From the NCBI GenBank assembly GCA_048884965.1, contig JBHLQH010000008.1, positions 64,197-128,196 of the forward strand: a stretch of DNA of 64,000 nt, written 5' to 3'. Positions 9,619-19,123 of the stretch are shown piece by piece. This DNA is from Candidatus Thorarchaeota archaeon (GTDB lineage Archaea; Asgardarchaeota; Thorarchaeia; Thorarchaeales; Thorarchaeaceae). Under the pieces are notes generated by a model that saw only the letters and a program-made list of their open reading frames with translations, made no database searches and was not told where the DNA came from. The first letter of the stretch is position 1. Each line of letters starts with the position of its first letter. A program made the translations under genes and the position numbers.

Positions 9619-10677
9619 TCAGATAGCTAGTTTCACTGGAAGGTATTCGTCTACGACAAAATCCATTCCGAATCTGCTGAAGGCCTGTTGCTCAGCCTTC
9701 CTCCTGAGCTGCCTAAATGCATCTATGCTCGATTGCCAATCCTTTGACATATAGCGGGTGTCATTTGTCAACTCTTCCAAACGCTTCAAGTCTCGATCAG
9801 TCATGACATCAGCTGGTAGATCGTATTCTATGATGTCCTGAGCAGTGACTCCGATCCACTCTGCTGAAGGAATGGTCAATCCCTTGATATGAGCAGCGTT
9901 TGCGCTACCTGCGATGATAACTTGAGCTATATGCATACCCCAGGGATCGCCATCAGTGAATATCTTCACAGGCAAGTGCAGTTCGTGATGTAATCGGTTC
10001 AACAGTCTTCGTGTCGTTCTTGGAGCTTGCCCTCCCAGATGAACAAGGATGCAATTGAATCGCTCCCAGCACTTGGTTTCAATGAGTCTGGAAAACATAC
10101 CACCGGATTCCACAGCGAGAATAAGACTGGCATCGGTGCTAACAGGAGTCGCTGAAAGAAGGGCAGGACCTATAGGAAGCCCATCTGGACTGACTGTAAG
10201 ATCAACTTCTCGTCCTTCATACCCCCTTACATTGTATCGCATAATCGTTTGACCATATATCGATGAGTGCTCTTCTGGAAAGACTCCCAAGGACTCACGA
10301 GGGTAGTCGATTAGTGATTCGAGGTCTGAAACCGCACGATCTGACTCAGCTTGATTCTTGAAGCTTACATCAAAAGCTTCGCTTGAGTAGTAAAGGTCTC
10401 GAAGAGAGCTCGTTCGTCCGGACTCAAGAAGTTGCTTGGAGTATGAAGCAACCCACATCAGATGCATGAAGCTCCGTATGTGCTTGATGTTTGAGGCGTC
10501 GCGAACTGTTGCGGTTTCACCAAGCACAAACTGCCCTAACTCCTGATCGAAAGTGATATTCTCGATACTTCTTATTGGAATGTCTAGTTTTGGAAAGACA
10601 CCTGCTTCTATTGAGGCGAGGACCTGCTTTCCTAGCTCCGTAAGACGGTTGATTGGGGACTCGCTATCAGACATCAC
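9619..10677 (-). CDS. top6A: DNA topoisomerase VI subunit A
   Basis: SLRDLYY catalytic Tyr, TOPRIM AVES..MF.RL and DGDPWG, KAEQQA. Confidence 0.95.
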   Translation of the reverse strand: MMSDSESPINRLTELGKQVLASIEAGVFPKLDIPIRSIENITFDQELGQFVLGETATVRDASNIKHIRSFMHLMWVASYSKQLLESGRTSSLRDLYYSSEAFDVSFKNQAESDRAVSDLESLIDYPRESLGVFPEEHSSIYGQTIMRYNVRGYEGREVDLTVSPDGLPIGPALLSATPVSTDASLILAVESGGMFSRLIETKCWERFNCILVHLGGQAPRTTRRLLNRLHHELHLPVKIFTDGDPWGMHIAQVIIAGSANAAHIKGLTIPSAEWIGVTAQDIIEYDLPADVMTDRDLKRLEELTNDTRYMSKDWQSSIDAFRQLRRKAEQQAFSRFGMDFVVDEYLPVKLAI

Positions 10678-12193
10678 CTATCACCTCGAAAAGGTCTTGG
10701 ACCATCTTTCTTGTGTCAGGCACAACTTCTGCTCCAGCGACATCAGAAGAGAATTTGGTCAATTGCTTGAATGTCCTAGAGAATTCTCTATACCTACGTT
10801 GGGATTGAGTGGCTCTCCGTTTCCGTTCAGATATTTTCTTTAATCTTCGTCCGAGATCGCGATAGATTGCTAGAATCTCGGATTCAATGCATCCCACTGA
10901 TGAAATCGATTGCTTTCCGGCTGCAGAGTAAGGAACGCGGGTGGAGCAAAAATGCATGAACAATGCAACTTGATTACTTTCTTGGATGCCATAACGAGCC
11001 CATGAAACACGCTTCATGACTTTAGTGAAGACGTCATCGCTTGTATCGTAGAGTAGAGGAACACGGTTTGCAAATCTGAATAAAGTTGGTGTGTCGGACT
11101 TCTCGAAAGCATCACCTACAGCAAGAACACCCTCAATGATATATGGAAACCCATCCCATTCCAAGGGTCCTCTCGATGCATAGGTAACTATCGTGGACTT
11201 ATACTCACTTCCAAATGCGGAATGAAGCGCATCCTTCCCTATTGGACTAAGGCATTCAGAGCTAGGTCTACCAAACTCATCATACTTTCGAAGAGATGAA
11301 CTTAGGTAGGACAACTCAGATCGATCAAGGTTTCCAACGGTTTTCTTTGGATCCATATGTATGAAACTCAGAAAGCGCTCTGCAGTCTTGTGACCAAGCT
11401 GCTGGAAAGATTCAACGAGGAAGTCATGAAGAGGCATTTCGATTCTACTCGCTACCAATCGACGAAGAAGCTCCAAATCAGCTGCACGAGGGTGTGGCAG
11501 TGCTATTGTAGGAAATGGAGGTAGTGTGTGTATATGCCCTCCGAATGACATATGCTCTACTTCATTGATATTCAAAGAGATTTTTGCATGTGGTGTAGAT
11601 ATACCAGTAAGCCGGAGGTACTCCACGATCCGGTCCCGAGCACGTTTCAAATCAGCATTCAAAGTGATAGATACGGTCGTACCTTGTTGCTTGCGTTGTT
11701 GTGGATAGGATGATTCGACAATAGGAGTGTTCTTTTCCACGTCTATATATAGGCTGAATTTTGTGCCACCAGATTCTGCAGTCCTCGAATGGATCAGGGC
11801 GGGACTATCAGTAGTAATCTGGCCATAAAGAACTGACATTGTGACTCCCAATCCAAAAGTGCCTCTTCGTTGTCTAGAACTATACTTGCTACCATAGAGG
11901 ACTCTTGCGAAAGCTTCAGGAACTTTGTCATCTGGCACACCAGTACCATTGTCAGAAACGGTGATCTTGCAAGTCGTAGGTGATTCTGTTGAAATTTGTA
12001 TTTGTATCAGTGGAAGTACTCCTGCGTCTTCGCATGAATCAAGACTATTTTCAACAAGCTCGCGTATCGTTGTAAATAGAGCTTGGGTAGGATTCCCAAA
12101 ACCAGCCATCTGTCTGTTCCTATAGAAGAATTCAGCTGGAGAGATACCCCTGAAAGTTTCAATGCCAGACGCAGTCATAGTTCTCGATAACAA
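10667..12193 (-). CDS. top6B: DNA topoisomerase VI subunit B
   Basis: SPAEFFYRNRQMAGF, GHKL ELVENSLD/DNGTG, RFANRVPLLY. Probable start ATG 12178. Confidence 0.95.
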   Translation of the reverse strand: MLSRTMTASGIETFRGISPAEFFYRNRQMAGFGNPTQALFTTIRELVENSLDSCEDAGVLPLIQIQISTESPTTCKITVSDNGTGVPDDKVPEAFARVLYGSKYSSRQRRGTFGLGVTMSVLYGQITTDSPALIHSRTAESGGTKFSLYIDVEKNTPIVESSYPQQRKQQGTTVSITLNADLKRARDRIVEYLRLTGISTPHAKISLNINEVEHMSFGGHIHTLPPFPTIALPHPRAADLELLRRLVASRIEMPLHDFLVESFQQLGHKTAERFLSFIHMDPKKTVGNLDRSELSYLSSSLRKYDEFGRPSSECLSPIGKDALHSAFGSEYKSTIVTYASRGPLEWDGFPYIIEGVLAVGDAFEKSDTPTLFRFANRVPLLYDTSDDVFTKVMKRVSWARYGIQESNQVALFMHFCSTRVPYSAAGKQSISSVGCIESEILAIYRDLGRRLKKISERKRRATQSQRRYREFSRTFKQLTKFSSDVAGAEVVPDTRKMVQDLFEVIGDV

Positions 12194-12233
12194 GTCACCA
12201 AGAATATGATTTCAGACCGCGTATTACGCAGAG

Positions 12234-12797
12234 CTAGAAATCACTAGTCCATAACTCCGATTTGATGCGATTGATCTCGCGTCGGCTCTTCTCAAGATAT
12301 TTGTAGACTGACCCATGAGGTGCTCCATCGATTAGCATGGTCACGGCTCTTGATGCATAATCGATCTGAGGATCGAAACCTATGAGAGCAACGGTCTTCC
12401 CATAGACCGATAGCATAGTTTCTGTAGTTTCTTCGATGACCCTTCGTGTACGGCCATTCTCACCAATGATGCGACCTGAAACCCGCTTTAATTGCGCAGG
12501 TGAATTTCCAACGAACTCCTTGAGAGAGATAATGATCAAACGCGCGTCTTCATCGATGAGCGATAGAGCTCGTTTCGGACTGAATCCACGTGCCATAGCA
12601 CGGATGATGTCACGTGCCTTCCATGCTAGAACAGGATCCTCAGGATTCTCAGGACTGGTTATAGTGACGATTCCCTCAGAGTTGACATCGATCTTGGTAT
12701 TGGTTAGTTTTTCCACTCGCTTGCGTACTCTGCCATTTCTTCCTACAATGACGGCAATTCTTTCTTCTGGAACGCGAATGGTTTCATGAAACATCAT
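12234..12797 (-). CDS. KH-domain rRNA processing protein Dim2/Pno1
   Basis: IVGRNG, ARGFSP, RVSGRIIGENGRTR, GAPHGSVY. Confidence 0.92.
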   Translation of the reverse strand: MMFHETIRVPEERIAVIVGRNGRVRKRVEKLTNTKIDVNSEGIVTITSPENPEDPVLAWKARDIIRAMARGFSPKRALSLIDEDARLIIISLKEFVGNSPAQLKRVSGRIIGENGRTRRVIEETTETMLSVYGKTVALIGFDPQIDYASRAVTMLIDGAPHGSVYKYLEKSRREINRIKSELWTSDF

Positions 12798-13587
12798 TTG
12801 ATTCTTCACCTAAGGATATCATTTGGGAGGTTATTTCTTCGGGATCTGGTGTGTCAACTCCAAGCTTGTTAAAGAAGAACGTCACGTTTTGAATATCTCG
12901 ATAGAGGTACTTTGTGGCATTGTCATGATCTTTGACCACTGCTTGAGATACATCGATAATAATAGGACCGTCCATCCAGAGGATGTTGTACTCGCTCAGA
13001 TCAGCATGGACAAGTTTTGCTTTTGTATATCCGAGCTCGATCATCTGCATAATCTCGTTGTAGGTCTTCACGGGGGAGGGGATTACGATGTCTTTTATTG
13101 CAGGTGCAGCCAGTGATTCCTCTTGGCTCCCAATGAATTCCATCACCAGTACGTTTCGATCAATCGCAATGGCTACAGGAACTCGAACACCTGCCTCATG
13201 ATACCTAATGAGATTCTTGTACTCCTTCATAGCCCATTGAGGAATCAATACGCGGCTTCTTCGCCCTACACGTTTGAATCGAGGGTCGCCTATCATATAC
13301 TCTTTCATGAAATCGGTTTCAGCTGTGGACATCCTGTAGACCTTCACCGCCACAGACTTGCCTTCTGTGGTTTCACCACGATAGACATTTGCTTCCTTTC
13401 CGGTGCTAATCACCCCATGAACTTTATCAAGAGGGGTGCGTTTGAAGAGACGATAGATAGCCTTTAGCGTAGGAGGGTCAATAACACCTTCAACGACCTT
13501 GTATTCGTCATCATCGCGCCTTCGTTTGGATCTACGACGGTCTATCTCGTCATCAATCCTCTGGCGCTGCTTTTCTGCTCTCTTCAA
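12784..13587 (-). CDS. rio1: RIO1 serine kinase
   Basis: ISTGKEANVY, AVKVYR, LVHADLSEYNIL, IIDVSQAV. Confidence 0.95.
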   Translation of the reverse strand: MKRAEKQRQRIDDEIDRRRSKRRRDDDEYKVVEGVIDPPTLKAIYRLFKRTPLDKVHGVISTGKEANVYRGETTEGKSVAVKVYRMSTAETDFMKEYMIGDPRFKRVGRRSRVLIPQWAMKEYKNLIRYHEAGVRVPVAIAIDRNVLVMEFIGSQEESLAAPAIKDIVIPSPVKTYNEIMQMIELGYTKAKLVHADLSEYNILWMDGPIIIDVSQAVVKDHDNATKYLYRDIQNVTFFFNKLGVDTPDPEEITSQMISLGEESNDVS

Positions 13588-13664
13588 TTAAGGACATCTC
13601 CTAGCATTCTCAATATCATCTTGAATGTTAGAAATCCACTAGAGAAAAACATTGACGTTTGCGC

Positions 13665-13991
13665 CTAGAACATCTTCAAAATCTTACGCTTGGTCAACCA
13701 TTCAAGCTCATTGTTTCTATAGCGATGAACAACATCGCATTTCTCATCCGATTGAAACTCCCATGGTACAATAAGAACAGTATCACCTATACGCATCCAA
13801 ACGCGTTTCTTCATTCTGCCAGGTATTCTACCGATTCGGATGTTTCCATCCTCACATCTTACTCGGACTCTGTCGTGTCCAAGCATCTGAATTATGATGC
13901 CAAAGAGCTCGCCATCGTTTCTATTTGGCGTTCTAACACGTACTAATTCACCATCGGGTCCAGTTGCTGGTCCATCTCTTCGTCGTGACAA
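13665..13991 (-). CDS. eif1a: translation initiation factor aIF-1A
   Basis: MLG.DRVRVRCEDG..R.GRIPGRMKKRVWMRIGDTVLIVPWEFQ. Confidence 0.96.
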   Translation of the reverse strand: MSRRRDGPATGPDGELVRVRTPNRNDGELFGIIIQMLGHDRVRVRCEDGNIRIGRIPGRMKKRVWMRIGDTVLIVPWEFQSDEKCDVVHRYRNNELEWLTKRKILKMF

Positions 13992-14074
13992 AATAATCCT
14001 CCAGTTAGAGGCCTAAGTATTCATCCTAAGCCGATATATCTGAAGGGATTGACAGCCATTTAAGACTAACGAAA

Positions 14075-15172
14075 TCACTGTTTAATATCCGATTCCTTCA
14101 GCTCAGGGACCAGATACCATCTCTGATTGTGCTCTATAAGATAAAGGGTATCTCCGGACAGACCTTCTCTTATCGAATCGTCCTCGATTTCCCTGATCTC
14201 ATATGTTTTTGAGTCCATTATCTGAAGGGGTTGCCCGTATACATTGGAAATGATAGAGAACGCACGTTTTTCAGTGCCCTTGGCAATGAAGATTATCGTA
14301 CGCCATTTTGAGCTCTTCTGGTTGATAGTGAATCGTTGCCTTTCTACCAAATCATAGCACGCGAGTCCACCCTTGCCAATCCCAAGTACCTGACATGGAT
14401 TACCAACGACCTCGATGAAATCACCAACAACATACTGAGGTAATCTTAGAACAATGGTAATCCGATACTTCCGTTTTCCTCCTCGTTCCTGTGTGACTAG
14501 CTTGAAGTTCTCTTTCCTGTCTGCAAGAAGGAGTGCTTCAACCTCATCTGCGACCTTTCTGCAAAGAAGGTCTGAGCCAAAGAACAAGTCTAGACCGAAT
14601 TTTGTATCATCTATTTGAAGGATGAATGCACCCTTGTCTTTTCCATACTCGGCAATCGTACGATCTCTTGCGATTTCAACGACTCTCTCCTGCTCTTCTT
14701 CTGTGACAGGTCGTTCATTTGCTCGAATCTGTAGAGTTGCCTCATAGTATCCGCCACTCATCATACTACACATATCACAAGTTGCATGGTTGTATCTAAT
14801 CTCAACGGGATATTCCTCAGTATGTGCATCAAGATCGGGAGATGATTTTCCCGTGATATGCAATCGGACATGAAGCACTCTATCTAATCGATTTGCTTCT
14901 TCGATTTCGACGCTGATCTCATGCCCTAGTGACTTGATTTCCATATCAAGTAGAATCCCAATCTGTTCTTCTCGCTGATCATCAGAGCCTACAGATGAGA
15001 GTGTCTTCCAGCCACCAGGAACTTGCATTGAGCCACATTTCTTACATGTCGTGATAGATAACGGTGTATTGACTCCGATGAGGGGGTGCTCGCTATTATA
15101 GCAGTTTTGGCAAAGCCCATCCAGAACTGAGGGTTCGCCGCAAAGATAACAGGGAGCTTTCATAGGAATCAT
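14075..15172 (-). CDS. Nmd3 family ribosome biogenesis protein
   Basis: Four CxxC pairs, GGYYEATLQIR, C-terminal eIF5A-like region. Confidence 0.9.
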   Translation of the reverse strand: MIPMKAPCYLCGEPSVLDGLCQNCYNSEHPLIGVNTPLSITTCKKCGSMQVPGGWKTLSSVGSDDQREEQIGILLDMEIKSLGHEISVEIEEANRLDRVLHVRLHITGKSSPDLDAHTEEYPVEIRYNHATCDMCSMMSGGYYEATLQIRANERPVTEEEQERVVEIARDRTIAEYGKDKGAFILQIDDTKFGLDLFFGSDLLCRKVADEVEALLLADRKENFKLVTQERGGKRKYRITIVLRLPQYVVGDFIEVVGNPCQVLGIGKGGLACYDLVERQRFTINQKSSKWRTIIFIAKGTEKRAFSIISNVYGQPLQIMDSKTYEIREIEDDSIREGLSGDTLYLIEHNQRWYLVPELKESDIKQ

Positions 15173-15323
15173 CGATACTCTGAATTCGTTAGCTACTTAT
15201 GTATTGGGCTACAGGCGTTGTCGGTTTCAGTTTGTAAGAAATTACTTTTAAGAGCAATCGATGTGCAACAGACCTGTCAAGTTCAAATACTATATGAAAC
15301 CTGATGTATCGGTGAGTAGTAAA

Positions 15324-15704
15324 ATGAGTAGCATGACGATAGCGATTCCAGTTGATAGCGACAAAGGTCTTGATAGCCCGACAAGTGCCCATTTTGGACA
15401 TTGTCATGCATTCGTCCTTTCAACCATTGAGGACGGAAAGATCATTGAAGTAAAAACAATGCCAAACCAAGGACACTCAAGCTGCGCAGAACCTGTTCTG
15501 AACCTGGCACAGAACGGAGTAAAGGTACTAATCGCTCAAGGCATGGGTAGACGACCCTATATGGTCACTCAGCAGGTAGGTATGGCGGTGGTTAAAGGCG
15601 AAGGTATCACAGCTAGAGAAGTCATCGATAATTTTCTCAAGGGTATGACCCAGTCATTCAGTCAGGACTCCCTATGTGGCGGGGGATCTGAACACAAGCA
15701 TTGA
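15324..15704 (+). CDS. NifB/NifX family Fe-Mo cofactor-binding domain protein
   Basis: IAIP..SAHFGHCHAF..GVKVLIAQGMG; start refined to ATG 15324. Confidence 0.85.
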   Translation: MSSMTIAIPVDSDKGLDSPTSAHFGHCHAFVLSTIEDGKIIEVKTMPNQGHSSCAEPVLNLAQNGVKVLIAQGMGRRPYMVTQQVGMAVVKGEGITAREVIDNFLKGMTQSFSQDSLCGGGSEHKH

Positions 15705-15714
15705 AGAGGAGAAC

Positions 15715-16017
15715 CTAGAGTCTGACCCACTGCGCGTGTGGTTCCCCTTGTATGTACAGGATAGCGTTCTTATGGACCAGACCAGCTTCTATTGCAGCCT
15801 CTACAGTATTCTTCCCAACCATATTAGCAACTGTTGCATTCTTTAGATGCTTGATGCAGGTCTCAGTGTCTACAAGCTCACCGCCATAGAATTCCTTACT
15901 GACATTGAACTTGATCTTTCCCTCTACAAGGATTTTCCCTAAGAGTTCTTCGTCACACACAGAAACAAGAACATGGTCTAGAGTTTCTCGTACCCGGATG
16001 TAGACCGATTTCTTCAT
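15715..16017 (-). CDS. DUF424 family protein
   Basis: VSVCDEELLGK..VSKEFYGG..ANMVG..GEPHAQ; typical neighbour of aIF-2beta. Confidence 0.88.
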   Translation of the reverse strand: MKKSVYIRVRETLDHVLVSVCDEELLGKILVEGKIKFNVSKEFYGGELVDTETCIKHLKNATVANMVGKNTVEAAIEAGLVHKNAILYIQGEPHAQWVRL

Positions 16018-16027
16018 TGGACTGACC

Positions 16028-16441
16028 TCATACAGGACGAATCGATGTGCTTGCTCCACATGCTGAGCATTTCAGGTAATATGCATGAGATTGCTTCTCC
16101 ATATTGGTATCAGGACGACCGCAGACTGGACATATTACGTATGCATCGATATATCTGGATAGGACATCGTCGACAGCTTCAGGATTGAACTTGCCCTGAA
16201 AGATTGCACTTCCACCTTCAATATTTCCAGCTGTTGCCAGTTGGCCTGCAACATACTTGAGAACCTCTTTGCCAGGGCGGTTCAGTACACCAAGAATCTC
16301 TTGGAAATTCTGCCATATTGTTCTGGTACCCTGTATTATTAGCTGTACCTCTGGGACTTGGAACCGTTCTCCAGACCTTTTGAAAGCGTCTTCAGGTACA
16401 CTGCTTCTAGCTCGATCAAGCATCTTCTCGTAGTCGTCCAT
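16028..16441 (-). CDS. eif2b: translation initiation factor aIF-2 beta
   Basis: YEKMLDRA, ERFQVP, zinc ribbon YVICPVCGRPDT..CSACGA. Confidence 0.96.
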   Translation of the reverse strand: MDDYEKMLDRARSSVPEDAFKRSGERFQVPEVQLIIQGTRTIWQNFQEILGVLNRPGKEVLKYVAGQLATAGNIEGGSAIFQGKFNPEAVDDVLSRYIDAYVICPVCGRPDTNMEKQSHAYYLKCSACGASTSIRPV

Positions 16442-16492
16442 ATATCATGATTCCTCGTTAACGTTATTGAAGGTTCTGATTACACCATATGA

Positions 16493-17182
16493 CTAGCTAC
16501 TTGGTCTATATGATCCAACCTCTTGCTCAACTACTTTCTCGCTTTCAAAGAGATTAATGAGTTCAGCATTTACTTGCAGTTTATCGAAACCCTTCTCTTC
16601 AAAGTGCTTTGCGATTTCTTGGATGCTTACTCCGGTAGGATTGTCTCTCTCCCGAATAAATGCCAATATTTGCCCTGCCAATCCTGAAACGTCCTCCACT
16701 GTGCTCTGCTTTGGCGTTCCGGAGGATCTCTTCTGGTCAAAGGACATCAGAGAACCCTCATCCGTCTTTCTCTTGGCGGGACCTTTCCCACCAGATCTAA
16801 TAATTGCCATTTGCCGCTCATATTTGTGCATAATCATGATGTTAGGATCATCAACGGGCTTCACTATCTCCGGTTGGATATAGATCTCGCTATTATACTC
16901 CCGTATCTTACCGACTACCAAAGCTAAGATGTTCGTACTGACCTTCTCCAAAAGACCTGCTTCAGCACCCCAAGCTTTAGCGAGAATGCTCCCAGTGTCG
17001 TCTTCAATGGTAATACTTGCAAAGTTGTTGCCAGGTACTTGATCTACGATACTTCCTACGAGCATAACACGCCGTAGTTCTACGCCCTGTGGAGAGATTA
17101 CATAGGGACCTTCATCGTCACCGTACTCACCATCTATGATATCGGAAACGGATGCGCGTATAGCAGTTAGTCTTTCCTTCAT
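16493..17182 (-). CDS. RPA32/RPA2-like OB-fold protein with C-terminal winged helix
   Basis: OB fold RVMLVGSIV..ITIEDDTGSI..VVGKIREY, linker, C-terminal wH-like segment. Confidence 0.75.
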   Translation of the reverse strand: MKERLTAIRASVSDIIDGEYGDDEGPYVISPQGVELRRVMLVGSIVDQVPGNNFASITIEDDTGSILAKAWGAEAGLLEKVSTNILALVVGKIREYNSEIYIQPEIVKPVDDPNIMIMHKYERQMAIIRSGGKGPAKRKTDEGSLMSFDQKRSSGTPKQSTVEDVSGLAGQILAFIRERDNPTGVSIQEIAKHFEEKGFDKLQVNAELINLFESEKVVEQEVGSYRPSS

Positions 17183-17245
17183 ATCAAGTCACCTGCCTAT
17201 CGATACATTGTCCTGACAGTCCTTTATAGAGTTCTCGGAATATGA

Positions 17246-18283
17246 TTAGAAGAAATCGCTCAAGGTGGATTGTTGGGATGAGCCACGAATCTCCTCAAGC
17301 TTCTCAGCTATTCGTTCGAGAGAGGGTTTTACTCGGTTTACGCTGAAATCATGCTCCGAACAGAGAATCTTTGTTACCTCATCAATGTTGGGTGTTGCAT
17401 TCCAATCGATTGGACCTATCTCATCCTTTGGAGGGTTTAGAAAGATATCCCGAATCTCATCATAGGGGAACTCAATCTCGTACTTTCCATCCTTCACGAT
17501 GCCATCGATGGATCCGAACTCCTTTACCAGCTTGAGGGCTGTCTTTTGGCCGACTCTGGGAACCTTGTCGTTGTAGTCAGTGCCAACAAGCATCGCGATG
17601 TCGATGAGTTGTTCCCTCGTGATACCCAGTAGTCGCAGGTTCAAATCCAAATCGATCAACTCAGGAGAGATGGTCTTGAACGTCTTTGCACGGGAAACCC
17701 GCCTCCTCCCCGATATGGAAAGATTGCGAATCATGCGGGGACAGTTATACAATAAGGAGTCATTATCCTGACTTGCACTGGCCCAGACAGAGCCATCACG
17801 AGCCATTTGTGCCGCTAATGCTTCACCCTCAGAAGGCGCCTGAATATGAGGGATTCCCATCGCTGTAAGCAGTGTCTTACTCTCCTCAACCATGGAATCT
17901 GTGAGTCTGGAGCTTGCTTGAGCTGCCTTTCGTGCATCATCTATGCGTCCTTCCTTCTTGGCAACCTGCCATTCCTCATATGCAGCATCGCGGATTTCTC
18001 TTCTTCTAGCAACCTCCCCAGACTTTAGCTTTGGAGATTCTCCATCAAAGACATACACAGGGAGAATGCCTTGTTCGAGCAGGTTGATATTTCTATAGAA
18101 TAGACCACTCAGATGACTCGTAACCCTTCCCTTTCGATCCATGAGGGGGGTGCCATCAGGTTGTCTGATGATAGAAAGGAACTGGTACAGAGTGTTGAAT
18201 GCATCGATTGCGATTTTCTTTCCAGATAGATCAGATAATGATATCTTCTGGGCTTCTATTATCTCGGCAAGCTTTGTACCCAT
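17246..18283 (-). CDS. fen: flap endonuclease 1
   Basis: AIDAFNTLYQFL, APSEGEA, SQD.DSLL, GTDYN; C-terminal PIP box QSTLSDFF. Confidence 0.97.
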   Translation of the reverse strand: MGTKLAEIIEAQKISLSDLSGKKIAIDAFNTLYQFLSIIRQPDGTPLMDRKGRVTSHLSGLFYRNINLLEQGILPVYVFDGESPKLKSGEVARRREIRDAAYEEWQVAKKEGRIDDARKAAQASSRLTDSMVEESKTLLTAMGIPHIQAPSEGEALAAQMARDGSVWASASQDNDSLLYNCPRMIRNLSISGRRRVSRAKTFKTISPELIDLDLNLRLLGITREQLIDIAMLVGTDYNDKVPRVGQKTALKLVKEFGSIDGIVKDGKYEIEFPYDEIRDIFLNPPKDEIGPIDWNATPNIDEVTKILCSEHDFSVNRVKPSLERIAEKLEEIRGSSQQSTLSDFF

Positions 18284-18441
18284 TCTATCCTCTCCAATGA
18301 CTACTTACTAATCAAGCAACCTCGCCATATATCATTTGAGGGGCGTGGAGTTCGTTCTTTGAGTACTCTTCGGTAAGTTTATAATCGTCCCAAAGCTGGC
18401 GACCAAGGACTACCACCAAAACACTTGACTCTGGTGATACT

Positions 18442-18618
18442 TTGTCAGCAATGAAAGCAATTAGATGCACATCGTGCCATGGTTCAATATCTCCTCAGGA
18501 GAATAGCGCGAAAATGTCCTGCCCGAGCTGCGGCGTCGTTACTATTTGGCGCTGTGAGGCATGTAGGAGATTCTCTAATAGATATACTTGCCCGAACTGT
18601 GGTTTCGAAGGGCCATAG
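18442..18618 (+). CDS. small zinc-ribbon protein (DUF1610/HVO_2753-like), below the ORF-track cutoff
   Basis: Manual translation MSAMKAIRCTSCHG..CPSCG..IWRCEACRRFSNRYTCPNCGFEGP*; four CxxC, directly upstream of aEF-1beta as usual in archaea. Confidence 0.9.
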   Translation: MSAMKAIRCTSCHGSISPQENSAKMSCPSCGVVTIWRCEACRRFSNRYTCPNCGFEGP

Positions 18619-18636
18619 ACTAAGGAGTGAATGTAA

Positions 18637-18903
18637 GTGGCAAGAGTAATCATAGTAATCAAGGTCATGCCAGAAGATGTAGATGTGGATCTAGAGAATC
18701 TCTTGGAGAGAATCAAAGAGAACATTCCTGAGGGCACAGATGTGAATGCGCACGAGATCGTTCCAGTTGCATTTGGGCTGAAGGCACTGAAGATTCGCTT
18801 CTCACGCGAGGAGTCCTTAGGTGGGACTGATGATATTGAGGAAGCTATTGGCAATCTCGATGGTGTAGCACAGGTCGAGGTAGAAATAGTTTCAAGGATG
18901 TAA
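18637..18903 (+). CDS. ef1b: translation elongation factor aEF-1 beta
   Basis: KVMPEDVDVDL..PVAFGLKAL..GGTDDIEE. Confidence 0.95.
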   Translation: MARVIIVIKVMPEDVDVDLENLLERIKENIPEGTDVNAHEIVPVAFGLKALKIRFSREESLGGTDDIEEAIGNLDGVAQVEVEIVSRM

Positions 18904-19123
18904 TCAGGACAAATCTGCGCATATTTCGAAGATGGCGCCGGATTTATCTCATAACCTAGAGTTTAAATTAGTACAATCCACGCGGCTCATAGAAGCCGTT
19001 AATTATAGACGGTTATATTGGACAAATAAGACTCATTAGTGATAGTCTGTAATTCAAAGCGGATAACAACACCGAGGGCCCGTTCTTGCGTTTGGATTGT
19101 CTATCACTTGTGGAGGAATTCAA

